64,000 nucleotides of DNA from Octopus sinensis (GCF_006345805.1 NC_042997.1:184078001-184142000); one strand, 5' to 3'; counted from the stretch's first letter, positions 10,400-23,029 are shown. Numbers and translations: made by a program. The notes: a model not told the origin generated them from the sequence alone.

Positions 10400-11000
10400 T
10401 CGTGGGAGTAAATACCTCGGGCGTCTCCTCCATAGGGACCTTTCAGAAACAACTGCCATTACACTTTCCTTCTAGACTCCCAAGCACGACCAACTGAGTC
10501 TGGATATTATTGGATATTATTCTGGGTCTACTCCCAAAGTCTCCTGTTAGCTGGCTCAGCTTCAGGAATTCATGTTGCAGCTCTTTCCTGCGACATTGTA
10601 ATTACTTGTCCGCAGTACTGGAGCTGTGACTGCTCGATGTGGAAAAGTGGTAGCTCCACCTGGAAAGCCTCCCTGATCTCCAAGCTATGTAACCTATTTT
10701 TTTACTACCCACAAGGGGCTAAACACAGAGAGGACAAACAAGGACAGACAAACGGATTAAATCGATTATATCGACCCCAGTGCTTAACTGGTACTTATTT
10801 AATCGACCCCGAAAGGATGAAAGGCAAAGTCGACATCGGCGGAATTTGAACTCAGAACGTAGCGGCAGACGAAATACCGCTAAGCATTTCGCCCGGCGTG
10901 TTAATGTTTTTGCCAGCTCGCCGCCTTCTAAGCTATGCAACCTATCGAGTGACATTACTCCAGAGACCCTTCGGAGTGTAGTGAGATCTAGAATCGAACC
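10400..11000 (-). mobile_element. Old RTE-clade LINE RT C-terminal remnant interrupted by a SINE
   Basis: After removing the SINE at 10698-10929, the minus strand reads RRVSGVMSLDRLHSLEIREAFQVELPLFHIEQSQLQYCGQVITMSQER, homologous to the RTE fragment at 48350-48625. Confidence 0.65.
10698..10929 (-). mobile_element. Family B SINE monomer
   Basis: 16-bp TSD AAGCTATG(T/C)AACCTAT at 10682-10697 and 10930-10945. Confidence 0.9.
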
Positions 11001-11425
11001 TAAAATTCTCAGTTACCAGGTCGAGACTACGCGGCGATCACGCTAAATTCATACGGTCGATCCCGATTATCATCCAATCAGCTTGCAGCGATAGCATGCC
11101 ATATCATGAACAGAATCGAACGTGCTATTACCTTTGGCACGCTTTTCTCAGATTTAAGCCACTTCGCGCAAAGATCAATCACTGAGTTTTTTTGAGAGCC
11201 ACTAGAAAACCTGTTGCCAAGCAACACCAGGTTTGCCTTTGCTGAATACAGCTAGAAATGAGAGGAATCCATGTTCCTAATTGCAGACCAAAATCTTTCC
11301 TGCTTCTCAAAGCATTCTAATCACAACTATGTTACACTGAAGTTCGGTTTTTGATTTCCTACTACATTACCAACAGTCATTAGAAGTTTCTTTCAATTGT
11401 TCTGTTCAATAAATATTATAATATA

Positions 11426-11841
11426 TATTTCTTTATTGCCCACAAGGGGCTAAACATAGAGGGGACAAACAAGGAGAGACAAACGGATTAAGTCGATTAC
11501 ATCGACCCCAGTGCGTAACTGGTACTCTATCTATCGACCCCGAAAGGATGAACGGCAAAGTTGACCTCGGCGGAATTTGAACTCAGAACGTAACGAAAGA
11601 CGAAATACCTATTTCTTTACTACCCACAAGGGGCTAAACACAGAGAGGACAAACAAGGACAGACAAACGGATTAAATCGATTATATCGACCCCAGTGCGT
11701 AACTGGTACTTAATTTATCGACCCCGAAAGGATGAAAGGCAAAGTCGACCTCGGCGGAATTTGAACTCAGAACGTAACGGCAGACGAAATACCGCTAAGC
11801 ATTTCGCCCGGCGTGCTAACGTTTCTGCTAGCTCGCCACCT
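11426..11841 (-). mobile_element. Family B SINE dimer
   Basis: Two bodies and one head; TSD TATTATAATATA at 11414-11425 and 11842-11853. Confidence 0.9.
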
Positions 11842-12024
11842 TATTATAATATAAATATACTATTATGTTTGCATCTGTTCTTTTTGGTGTAACTCGCAGC
11901 CGAAGTTAATAACGGTAACTAATAACACACCAGTGAATCGTCGAAGATGGTGCAAACATATATTCTCAGTGCGATAGGACAAACTCCATCTCAGCCGCTT
12001 GTATTCTCGGTATACTACACTATA

Positions 12025-12250
12025 AGGCGGCGAGCTGACAGAAACGTTAGGATGCCGGGCGAAATGTGTAGCCGTATTTCGTCTGCCGTTACGTTCTGAG
12101 TTCAAATTTCGCCGAGGTCGACTTTGCCTTTCATCCTTTCGGAGTCGATAAATTAAGTACCAGTTACGCACTGGTGTCGATGTAATCCGTTTGTCTGTCT
12201 TTGTTTGTTCCCTCTGTGTTTAGTCCCTTGTGGGTAGTAAAGAAATAGGT
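12025..12250 (+). mobile_element. Family B SINE monomer
   Basis: Consensus match, divergently oriented to the dimer ~185 bp upstream. Confidence 0.9.
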
Positions 12251-12289
12251 ATACAATACAGAATTACTTTGCCATAGACTGCGCTACAT

Positions 12290-12960
12290 TTATACGGTGC
12301 CATATTGTATTACACTTCACTATACAGCACTGCACTCCACAAAACTAAACTGTACTAAACTGTACACTACAAAGCACAACACTGCTGTGCAACACTGTAT
12401 TGCATTAAACTGCACTATATTGCACTGCGCTACAATGTACTGTACAATACTTCACTACACTACGTTACACTGTATTGCACTACTCTACGCAACATCACAC
12501 TACACTAACTGGCACTCTGTCGGTTACAACGACGAGGGAGTTCCATTTGATTCATGAAATTAACGTCCAAGTGGTTGAGCACTCCACAGACATGTGTACC
12601 CTTAATATAGCTCTCAGGGAGATTCAGCATGACACGGAACGTGTCAAGGCTGGCCCTTTGAAATACAGGTACTACTCATCTTTGGCAGCTGAGTGTACTG
12701 GAGCAACGTGAAATAAAGTGTCTTGCTCAAGGATACAATGCGTCGCTGGAACTTGAACTCACGACCTTACTATCGTGAGCCGTTTACCCTAACCACTAAG
12801 CCACGCACCTCTACGCTACATTGTCCTGCGCTACACAGCAATACGCTACACTAAACTTCATTGTGCTACACTACACCAAACTCTCCTATGTTATACAGCA
12901 CTACTCTGTGTTGCACTGAACTACTCGACACAACACGATAATACACTATACTACAATAAA
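12290..12960. repeat. Degenerate pentanucleotide (ACTAC-like) repeat interrupted by a family C SINE at ~12520-12810
   Basis: Runs of acactacact/tacactaca variants on both sides of a minus-strand family C SINE. Confidence 0.65.
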
Positions 12961-13149
12961 CGAAATTGCATGAACCAATTGTGGTCAATCGACTTTACAG
13001 GAAAGAGCAATCGAATATTTATCAGATTGCACCCAGCCATCTTAACAAGGGCAATGGCACATTAAGCATTGTAGTCCTAGATACAACACTATCTAAAATT
13101 ATGTGATGGGATGCTTTTGACCCTAAGTGTTGATACATCAATTAGAAAG

Positions 13150-13733
13150 CATCGTTTGCCATCGTTTTATCACGATCCGTTGCTGTTCTAGTTTTAGTTT
13201 GGATTTCATTTGTTTTACAGTTTTTGTTGTTTCTTCTCTTTCTTCATAGTTGTTAGGTAGTATGACTTCTTGTTTGTATTTTGTCAGCTTCCTTAAATAC
13301 TGAAAACAATTTTTTGTTTTACTCGTGTTTTGTGGCTATTTGTATTAGTTTTCCTTGCTTCTGAAGTAGGTATTTTTGCAGTCCTATGGTGGTTATTTTG
13401 TAATGGTTTGCTAGCTGTATAAGGCCTCTACTACGTTCTATACGTCGTATATATAACCTTTCTATGTCAGATTTTGGGTGGTGCATCTTAAATCTTGTCA
13501 TTATTTTTCTTGTTTTCCTGTCTATTTTGATTAGTTCATTTTGTGTTCAGTTAAGGATATTGTAGCTCTAACTTATAACTGGGACGGCTTAAGTTCCGGC
13601 GACGTGTTGATACCTATTATCTTGTTTTTCGCATTGAGCTCTGTTTTCAGTATGAATCTAACTCATCTATAGTATTCTTTTTTTCTCTTTCCTTTGTGTG
13701 TGTTGTATCGTATCTAGTTCATTGATTCCTAAA

Positions 13734-13735
<2 letters not shown>
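13150..13735 (-). mobile_element. R4/Dong-like non-LTR retrotransposon RT-thumb remnant
   Basis: With frameshifts it reads KYLGINE...ILKTELNAKNKIIGINT...IDRKTRKIMTRFKMHHPKSDIERLY..RGLIQ, the typical HP..D..RLY..R..GGRGL motif. It begins directly at an (AAT)n tract. Confidence 0.75.
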
Positions 13736-13769
<34 letters not shown>

Positions 13770-13796
13770 TATTATTATTATATTATTATTATTATT

Positions 13797-14327
13797 GAGT
13801 GAGAGAGCAGTGCATGCCATCAAAGTGACACTGGGGTAAAACATATGAAGCCCAGTATACCCATCATGACCACCCGTCACAACCATATGTGCGTGACATG
13901 GTGATCTCATATCAAGATAAACAGCGCATGACCTTGCAGGTGGGGCTCAGTTAGAATTTTCTTCTGGTTGAGTAGCCCATCCCACTCAAAAGGTCCCTGA
14001 ATAAGGATTGTTTAAGGATGTTGAACGAACCACCCATATTTCCAAAGGTGAATTATCCAAACCTCTAAGAATTCCTTTCAACACACGGCTATGATGCCCC
14101 CCCCCCCACTACTTCTGCTCATGGTCAGAGATGCACATATCGTCAGCCACTATGGAACATAGTCAATTGGTTAAGGTCAAACAACTGACAAGCAAATCTG
14201 TGGGAGTGAGCAGAACATTTGCTGTAGCCCATCTTTTATACCAAGATAAAACAACGTACATGATAACGCTACCAATCAATTAAGATCAGAAGCCATGAGA
14301 GCCACTGCCTGGTACTGCATCAAGGCA
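13797..14327. repeat. ~530-bp probable interspersed repeat flanked by (ATT)n on both sides
   Basis: Non-repetitive block between (ATT)n tracts at 13738-13796 and 14328-14397. Single copy here; the repeat status rests on my recollection of octopus repeats only. Confidence 0.45.
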
Positions 14328-14395
<68 letters not shown>

Positions 14396-15718
14396 CATTG
14401 TCGTTGTTTAGAAGGCTAGCAGAATCGTTAGCGTGTCGGTCAAAATGCATAGTGAAATTGCTTCCGGTTCTTTACGTTCCTAGTTCAAATCCCGCCCAGG
14501 TCAAATTTGTCTTTTATCCTTTCGAGGTCGATGAAATACCAGTACTAATGAAATACTGAAGTCAATGTAATCGACTTGCTGGCTTTATAATTAGAAAGAA
14601 TTATTGCTTACCCCTAGGTCAGCCCTGACCAGGCAGAACTACAATCGAAAACATCACTCTGAATATCACATCTTTTCACGCACAGTGAATCAATGCTGAG
14701 ACGTCTTAATAGCATTATAAGCCCCCGGACTATGCAGTGTACTGAGGCCTCTATTTACATAGACACAGCATGCATAGATTACCATTTGACCTCTAGACCC
14801 GTGGCACTCCAACCCCAGGAGCAATTGTCCAGTGCGCCCATACTTTACGACTGCACTAATGGCTCAGCGTGGGCTTTGACCGCCCCTGAAGGAACCATAT
14901 TAGCCGTCCGCTTCCTTATACATAACATACTTGCAATGTATATTGTTCCTCTCCACCTGAAAAAAATGACCGCCTTGTACAGTTCGCACACCCTAATCTT
15001 TGTCATTGGACAGCACCGTACCTATAACTACAGTATATAATAAAATGCCCTTTCTTTTTAACACGGTTGGATGTAACTTAAAGGAGATTTGGTTGCTATG
15101 TCTAGCAAGTCTAGCGACCACGTAGTGTCCCCGAGTTTTGACTCTGCTCCATCTATCAAGCTGTAGTTATTCAACTTCGTGTGAGCTTTGAATGAGTAAA
15201 TACCTATGATCAAATGAATTCCAGTTGCGTCTATAAAACCACTGTCTTTCAGTCTATAAATATCTATAAAGCTGAAATGCGAAAAAGCTGTTTGATTTCT
15301 TAGTTGTCTCATTTTGGGATGGGAACGGTTTAAGGGGCAGTAGATGGGGTCGGATTGGCGCCAAAATTTACACTGGGAGGTAAAATGGAGTGGGCAATGG
15401 TGTGAGGTGGGTTGCAAGTCGCTCGGGGCTACCGTTTGGTTGCCATGGTGAGGAATATGGGAAAGGCAAAGAAGACGAACAAAAGAAGAACGGGAAAAGG
15501 AGACAACACGCACAAAACAACACCACCACCAAAACCCGAGCGAAGCACGGAACGGATCAAAATAGCTAGTCTTGTTATACTTCAGGCCTTGTACCTATCT
15601 TAGAAAGAATTATTATCTTTAAGGCGGTAACTTGGCAAAATCGTTAGCGCACCGGAAAAAAAAATAATAAGAAAAAACTCTGCGACATCTCTTCTGGCTC
15701 TATCCGTTGAGTTCAAAT

Positions 15719-16310
15719 ACCTATTTCTTTATTACCCACAAGGGGCTAAAAATAGAAGGGACAAACAAGGACAGACATAGGTATTAAGTCGATTACATCG
15801 ACCTCAGTGCGTAACTGGTACTTATTTAATCGACCCCGAAAGGATGAAAGGCAAAGTCGACCTCGGCGGAATTTGAACTCAGAACGTGGCGGCAGACGAA
15901 ATACCTATTTCTTTACTACCCACAAGGGGCTAAACACAGAGGGGAGAAACAAGGACAGACAAACGGATTAAGTCGATTATATCGACCGCAGTGCGTAACT
16001 GGTACTTATTTAATCGACCCCGAAAGGATGAAAGGCAAAGTCGACCTCGGCGGAATTTGAACTCAGACGAAATACCTATTTCTTTACTACCCACAAGGGG
16101 CTAAACACAGAGGGTACAAACAAGGACAGACACACGGATTAAGTCGATTCCATCGAACCCAGTGCGTAACTGGTACTTATTTAATCGACCCCGAAAGGAT
16201 GAAAGGCAAAGTCGATCTCAGTGGAATTTGAACTCAGAACGTTACGGCAGACGAAATACCGCTAAGCATTTCGCCCGGCGTGCTAACGTTTCTGCCAGCT
16301 CGCCGCCTTA
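15719..16310 (-). mobile_element. Family B SINE trimer nested in an older plus-strand family B copy
   Basis: Three bodies and one head; TSD CGTT(G/A)AGTTCAAAT at 15705-15718 and 16317-16330. The host copy spans 15620-15718 and 16317-16460. Confidence 0.9.
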
Positions 16311-18042
16311 AAGTGACGTTAAGTTCAAATATCGCCGAGGTCAACTTCGCCTTTCATCTTTTTAGGTCGACGAAATAAAGTACCAGTTAAGTACTGAGAT
16401 TGATGTAATCGACTTAACCCTTCCTATAAAATTACTGGCCATGTTCCAAAATTTGAAACGCTTATATTATATATTGGAGTTTTTGAACAACGACGTCGTT
16501 GTTTACAGGATGGGTCAATCATCGCCTGATTGCAGTGAGTGACGAAGAAGGTCACCGCTTTTCGGTTTCTCGACGTTGTTTATATCCTTGACCGATATAC
16601 ATTGGCCACACACACACACACACACACACACACATGACGGGATTCTGCACTGTTTCCGTCGACCAAATTCCAAACACACTTAACGAAGGCACTTTTGCGT
16701 GATATTTCGATCTGCTAGAAAGAGTAGTTAAAGCTCACCTAAATCACACCCTACCGCATTGGTTAAAAAAACAAAACAAAACAAACAAAAAGAAGCTTGC
16801 GTGCGATGAGATAATGTGGTCTTGGGATCCCTGCCCCATGAAAAAAGATGGAATGGTCACGGCCGGAATGCAGGTCAAGCGACCACGAAGAGATATCTTG
16901 TTGCTAATGCTGCTGCTGATGCAGGTATTATGTTGTTGCTTTGGCTAAGAATTGGTCTTGTGTTCTGCCCTCCCCCCAAATGGTGATAAGTTTATTGTTG
17001 ATCTTGTTTGTATCTGTTATGGGCAACTATTATGTGGTATCTGTTATTGTTGTTGTTGTTGTTGTTATCTAACCCTAGGTCAACTCCAAATGTGCAGACA
17101 GACATATGACGAAAAGGTGTTCCAGTTATGTCCACCCCAGCTTCTTCCTCGGAAGCAATGATCCCTGATCGATATAATTTAACACATTATTTTCTAAGAG
17201 AGCGAGGTGCAATTGGAGAGAGAGATTTTGCTATTATTTCTAGCAAATGACGCTACCACAAAAGACCCTTTCATTTCTGCGTTATTTCTCTTCCCGATCT
17301 CTCTTCCTCTTTCTTTCTTTCTTTCTTTTTGCTACTATCACTTTCATTTTCGAGTTTCCGCACCTACATCGAAATGGCGACAAAACAAAACCGAAAGCTG
17401 CCTTGCGGTATTTCTTTTCACTTCTTTACATTCAGATTCAAATCCCGCCGAGGTCATTCATACCTTTCATCCCTCTAGGGTCGATAAAATAAAGTTCCGG
17501 TCAAGTACTGAGCCAATGTTATCGCCTCACCCACCCTTCTAAAAATTGCCAGCGCCGAGTCTAAATTAAAGCAATTATTGACGCTTCTATAATATCCTCA
17601 AGTCTACACAAGAAACAGAAACATTCGGCACCTTTACACCGCTGTTGCTTTTTTACAGAGGTCACCCTTCCATTTTATGGTGCCTAATTTACAGCTCGGT
17701 AGACCTGGGACCTTTAGAAGTTGAGTCTCGATAATTAAATAAATATGCAAACTCGTCTGCAGTTCGGCTGATTGTTACAATGTCTTTCGCTATCCGCTTC
17801 GCATCTGTTGTTGCTATTATTGTTATTGTTATTGTTGCTCTCGCCGTTTATTTAACGACTCCCTCTCTGTCGGTGTGTTATGATTTATGATAGAACCGAC
17901 TTACAGTCAAAGATGTTCCATCCCTGTCCATCCTATCACCCCCCGCCCCACAACTCTCTAGCATGCTGTATCAAGGGCCACATTATCTAAAGGAGCACCC
18001 CACCTTCATTCTTTGTTTTCCTTTGAAGACGGAAGTATACAG

Positions 18043-18109
18043 TTTAAAAAGAAATTTGGCTGCTATTTCTAGCAATTAGTAGAGGCTCTCCGACGATATT
18101 ATAGTTACT

Positions 18110-18154
<45 letters not shown>

Positions 18155-18217
18155 TTTAAAGGAAATTTGGCTGCGATTTCTAGCATTAGTAGAGGCTCTC
18201 CGACGATATTATAGCTG

Positions 18218-18268
<51 letters not shown>

Positions 18269-19048
18269 TTTAAAGGAAATTTGGCTGCGGTTTCTAGCAA
18301 TTAGTAGAGGCTCTCCGACGATATTATTGTTACTACTACTACTACTACTACTAATTTAAAGGAAATTTGGCTGCGATTTCTAGCAATTAGTAGAGGCTCT
18401 CCGACGATAATATAGCTACAACTACTACTACTACTACTATACTACTACTACTACTACTAATTTAAAGGAAATTTGGCTGCGATTTCTAGCAATTAGTAGA
18501 GGCTCTCCGACGATATATAGCTACTACTACTACTACTACTACTAATTTAAAGAAATTTGGCTGCGATTTCTAGCAATTAGTAGAGGTTCTCCGACGATAT
18601 TATAGCTACTACTACTACACTACTACTAATTTAAAGGAAATTTGGCTGCGATTTCTAGCAATTAGTAGAGGCTCTCCGACGATATTATAGCTACTACTAC
18701 TACACTACTACTACTACTAATTTAAAGGAAATTTGGCTGCGATTTCTAGCAATTAGTAGAGGTTCTCCGACGATATTATAGCTACTACTACTACTACTAC
18801 TAATTTAAAGGAAATTTGGCTGCGATTTCTAGCAATTAGTAGAGGCTCTCCGACGATATTATAGCTACTACTACTACTACTACTACTACTAATTTAAAGG
18901 AAATTTGGCTGCGATTTCTAGCAATTAGTAGAGGTTCTCCGACGATATTATAGCTACTACTACTACTATACTACTACTACTAATTTAAAGGAATTTGGCT
19001 GCGATTTCTAGCAATTAGTAGAGGCTCTCCGACGATATTATAGTTACT

Positions 19049-19094
<46 letters not shown>

Positions 19095-19161
19095 AAATTT
19101 AAAGGAAATTTGGCTGCTATTTCTAGCAATTAGTAGAGGCTCTCCGACGATATTATAGCTG

Positions 19162-19212
<51 letters not shown>

Positions 19213-19362
19213 ATTTAAAGGAAATTTGGCTGCGGTTTCTAGCAATTAGTAGAGGCTCTCCGACGATATTATTGTTACTACTACTACTACTACTAATTTA
19301 AAGGAAATTTGGCTGCGATTTCTAGCAATTAGTAGAGGCTCTCCGACGATAATATAGCTACA

Positions 19363-19396
<34 letters not shown>

Positions 19397-19818
19397 ATTT
19401 AAGGAAATTTGGCTGCGATTTCTAGCAATTAGTAGAGGCTCTCCGACGATATATAGCTACTACTACTACTACTACTACTACTACTAATTTAAAGGAAATT
19501 TGGCTGCGATTTCTAGCAATTAGTAGAGGTTCTCCGACGATATTATAGCTACTACTACTACTACTACTAATTTAAAGGAAATTTGGCTGCGATTTCTAGC
19601 AATTAGTAGAGGCTCTCCGACGATATTATAGCTACTACTACTACTACTACTACTACTACTAATTTAAAGGAAATTTGGCTGCGATTTCTAGCAATTAGTA
19701 GAGGTTCTCCGACGATATTATAGCTACTACTACTACTATACTACTACTACTAATTTAAAGGAATTTGGCTGCGATTTCTAGCAATTAGTAGAGGCTCTCC
19801 GACGATATTATAGTTACT

Positions 19819-19864
<46 letters not shown>

Positions 19865-19931
19865 AAATTTAAAGGAAATTTGGCTGCTATTTCTAGCAAT
19901 TAGTAGAGGCTCTCCGACGATATTATAGCTG

Positions 19932-19982
<51 letters not shown>

Positions 19983-20132
19983 ATTTAAAGGAAATTTGGC
20001 TGCGGTTTCTAGCAATTAGTAGAGGCTCTCCGACGATATTATTGTTACTACTACTACTACTACTAATTTAAAGGAAATTTGGCTGCGATTTCTAGCAATT
20101 AGTAGAGGCTCTCCGACGATAATATAGCTACA

Positions 20133-20166
<34 letters not shown>

Positions 20167-20796
20167 ATTTAAAGGAAATTTGGCTGCGATTTCTAGCAAT
20201 TAGTAGAGGCTCTCCGACGATATTATAGCTACTACTACTACTACTACTACTAATTTAAAGGAAATTTGGCTGCGATTTCTAGCAATTAGTAGAGGTTCTC
20301 CGACGATATTATAGCTACTACTACTACTACTACTAATTTAAAGGAAATTTGGCTGCGATTTCTAGCAATTAGTAGAGGCTCTCCGACGATATTATAGCTA
20401 CTACTACTACTACTACTACTACTACTAATTTAAAGGAAATTTGGCTGCGATTTCTAGCAATTAGTAGAGGTTCTCCGACGATATTATAGCTACTACTACT
20501 ACTACTACTATTTAAAGGAAATTTGGCTGCGATTTCTAGCAATTAGTAGAGGCTCTCCGACGATATTATAGCTACTACTACTACTACTACTACTATACTA
20601 ATTTAAAGGAATTTGGCTGCGATTTCTAGCAATTAGTAGAGGTTCTCCGACGATATTATAGCTACTACTACTACTACTACTAATTTAAAGGAAATTTGGC
20701 TGCGATTTCTAGCAATTAGTAGAGGCTCTCCGACGATATTATAGTTACCACTACTACTACTACTACTACTACTAGTACTAGTAGTACTACTACTAC
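18043..20796. repeat. Satellite array: 29 units of a 61-bp core plus variable (CTA)n, with higher-order structure
   Basis: Core TTTAAAGGAAATTTGGCTGCGATTTCTAGCAATTAGTAGAGGCTCTCCGACGATATTATAG; diagnostic variants recur at 945- and 770-bp spacing. Confidence 0.95.
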
Positions 20797-21690
20797 ACCA
20801 CACACACATACACACGAACACACACACACACACACACACACACATTGTTGGTGTTGCTGTGTGCTTAAAGACAGATTTACTGCTGCTAATATTTAACGCA
20901 GCTGGTGCTACTCGTGCTGCTGCTGTCGGTCCTATCATTACACCTAAATTGCTGCTGCTGCTGCTACCGCTACTACTGCCACTGTATAATCTACTGCAGA
21001 TATATTATTATTATTATTATTGTTATTACAGTTTATTGCTGTTGTGTTACTGTTACCGCTTCAACGGATGCTGCTGTTCCTGTTATTGCTGCTGCTGCTG
21101 CTGTTATTATTTGCAGTTGCTGTTACCACCACTACTGCTGCCACCGTTGCTACTATTGCTGCTGCTGTTGCTGCTGCTAATGCTGCTGTTGCTGCTGCTG
21201 TAGCTGCTAGTGTTGACAAGCGGAGCTGTGGCGGTCGTCCGTCCGTCAAATCGTCAAAAATCCAGCTGATGACGATGGTGTTGGATTGCTGCTGTTGTTG
21301 TTGTTGTTGTTATTGTTGTTTTATCGTAACCGTTGTCCAACCGACCGATGACAATCAGTCACGCTGCGGTGAATCTTACACCGGGAATAACTAACAAAAA
21401 AAAAAAAAACCCCCCAAAAAAACCTACTCCTGTCCTCCCCACTTCTTCCATATATCATTTATGCCGTCGTATTATCCGATTAGAGCGATAGAGAGAAGGA
21501 GAGAGAAAGATACTAAGGTACGTATGGCTAGTATTATACTTGCCTTTTTACAGCTTTTACTTAAAAATCCGATTTTCACATTACATCACATAACGTCATC
21601 GATGTTTAAGATTTACTGTATCTTTTTTGTTGTTTTGTTCGTTCTATGATTTCATTTTCGTTCTTCGTTCCGAATACACACACACACACA

Positions 21691-22230
21691 CAAACTGATA
21701 TATATACATATATGCATGCAAACAGACATACGATACATACACATATACACACATAGACACATACGTACATATGCAGACACGCACAGACACATACACACAC
21801 TGATATATACGTATATGCATGCAAACAGACATACGATACATACACATATACACACATAGACACATACGTACATATGCAGACACGCACAGACACATACACA
21901 CACTGATATATACATATATGCATGGAAACAGACATACGATACATACACATATACACGCATATACACACATACACACATACGTACACATGCAGACACAGAC
22001 ACACACACACTGATATATACATATATGCATGGAAACAGACATACGACACATACACATATACACGCATATACACACATACACACATACGTACACATGCAGA
22101 CACAGAAACACACACACTGATATATACATATATGCATGGAAACAGACATACGACACATACACATATACACGCATATACACACATAAACACATACGTACAT
22201 ATGCAGACACGCACACACACACACCACACA
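21691..22230. repeat. ~105-bp minisatellite, about 5 copies, built from CA/TA-rich motifs
   Basis: CTGATA anchors at 21695, 21800, 21903, 22010 and 22117. Confidence 0.9.
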
Positions 22231-22871
22231 CACACACACATATATATATATACACATCGATACATAGATGCTTATACACGTAGATGCATAGTACTTATAC
22301 TCGCAGATACATTCATATATACATACATACATATATGCATACATGCACGCACGCACACATACAAATAAATACATGTACATTGTATATATAAACCGCGAAT
22401 CGCTAGAATTATGCGGTGTATTTTACGCGCTGTTGTCCAAACCTCAGACGACCCTTGACCTATGACGAAAGGTAATTCATCTTTTAGCTGTACGTCTTAT
22501 CTTAACTAAACCATTTAAACGTATCATTCGCTTTAATTTAGACCGTAAGGTGCAATACGAAGATTTGGTTTTGTTATCGAGCGATCTCATTGTGGGTCTT
22601 ATGTAGTATTGTTATAGTTTAGCAGTGAAGTGTGTAGTGTAGTGGATTTCCGCCGTCTTTCGATATATATAGATAGAAACACTGTTGTATATATGTGTGT
22701 ATTTCTATTTATGTGTATGTATATGTGTTGTGTGTCTGTGTGTGTATGTGTAAATGTGTGTGTGGGTGAGTTAATTGTTCACTTGATAAGCTCAGTAGAA
22801 AGAACGGTGTTTACATTTTTTGTGTGTGTATGTGCATGTGTGTGTTTGTGTGTGCGTGTGTGCGTGTGTGC

Positions 22872-22907
<36 letters not shown>

Positions 22908-23029
22908 TATGTTGTCTCTAAGCATACGTTTGTTGTTTGGTGTTGTTATTCAGGCCCCAGGTCAGTTCCAAGCGGACACACCCTACTATCAAAAACGTCG
23001 TTACAGGCATGACCATCCTGCCATTAGTC

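Noticed and set aside
14693-15040. 115-aa ORF with a CUB-like phrase (WALTAPEGTILAVRF)
   Set aside because: No other CUB residues or convincing splice sites; the 5' part resembles a decayed GC-rich MITE (..GTCTTAA.AGCATTAT..GCCCC..).
18043-20796. CRISPR array (constant repeat plus variable spacers)
   Set aside because: Spacers are only (CTA)n length variants, not unique sequences; the 61-bp core is too long; there are no cas genes and the context is eukaryotic.
21606-22380. Long ORFs of 211-242 aa (CVCV/YTHT-rich)
   Set aside because: Translations of the CA/TA-rich minisatellite, which lacks stops by composition.
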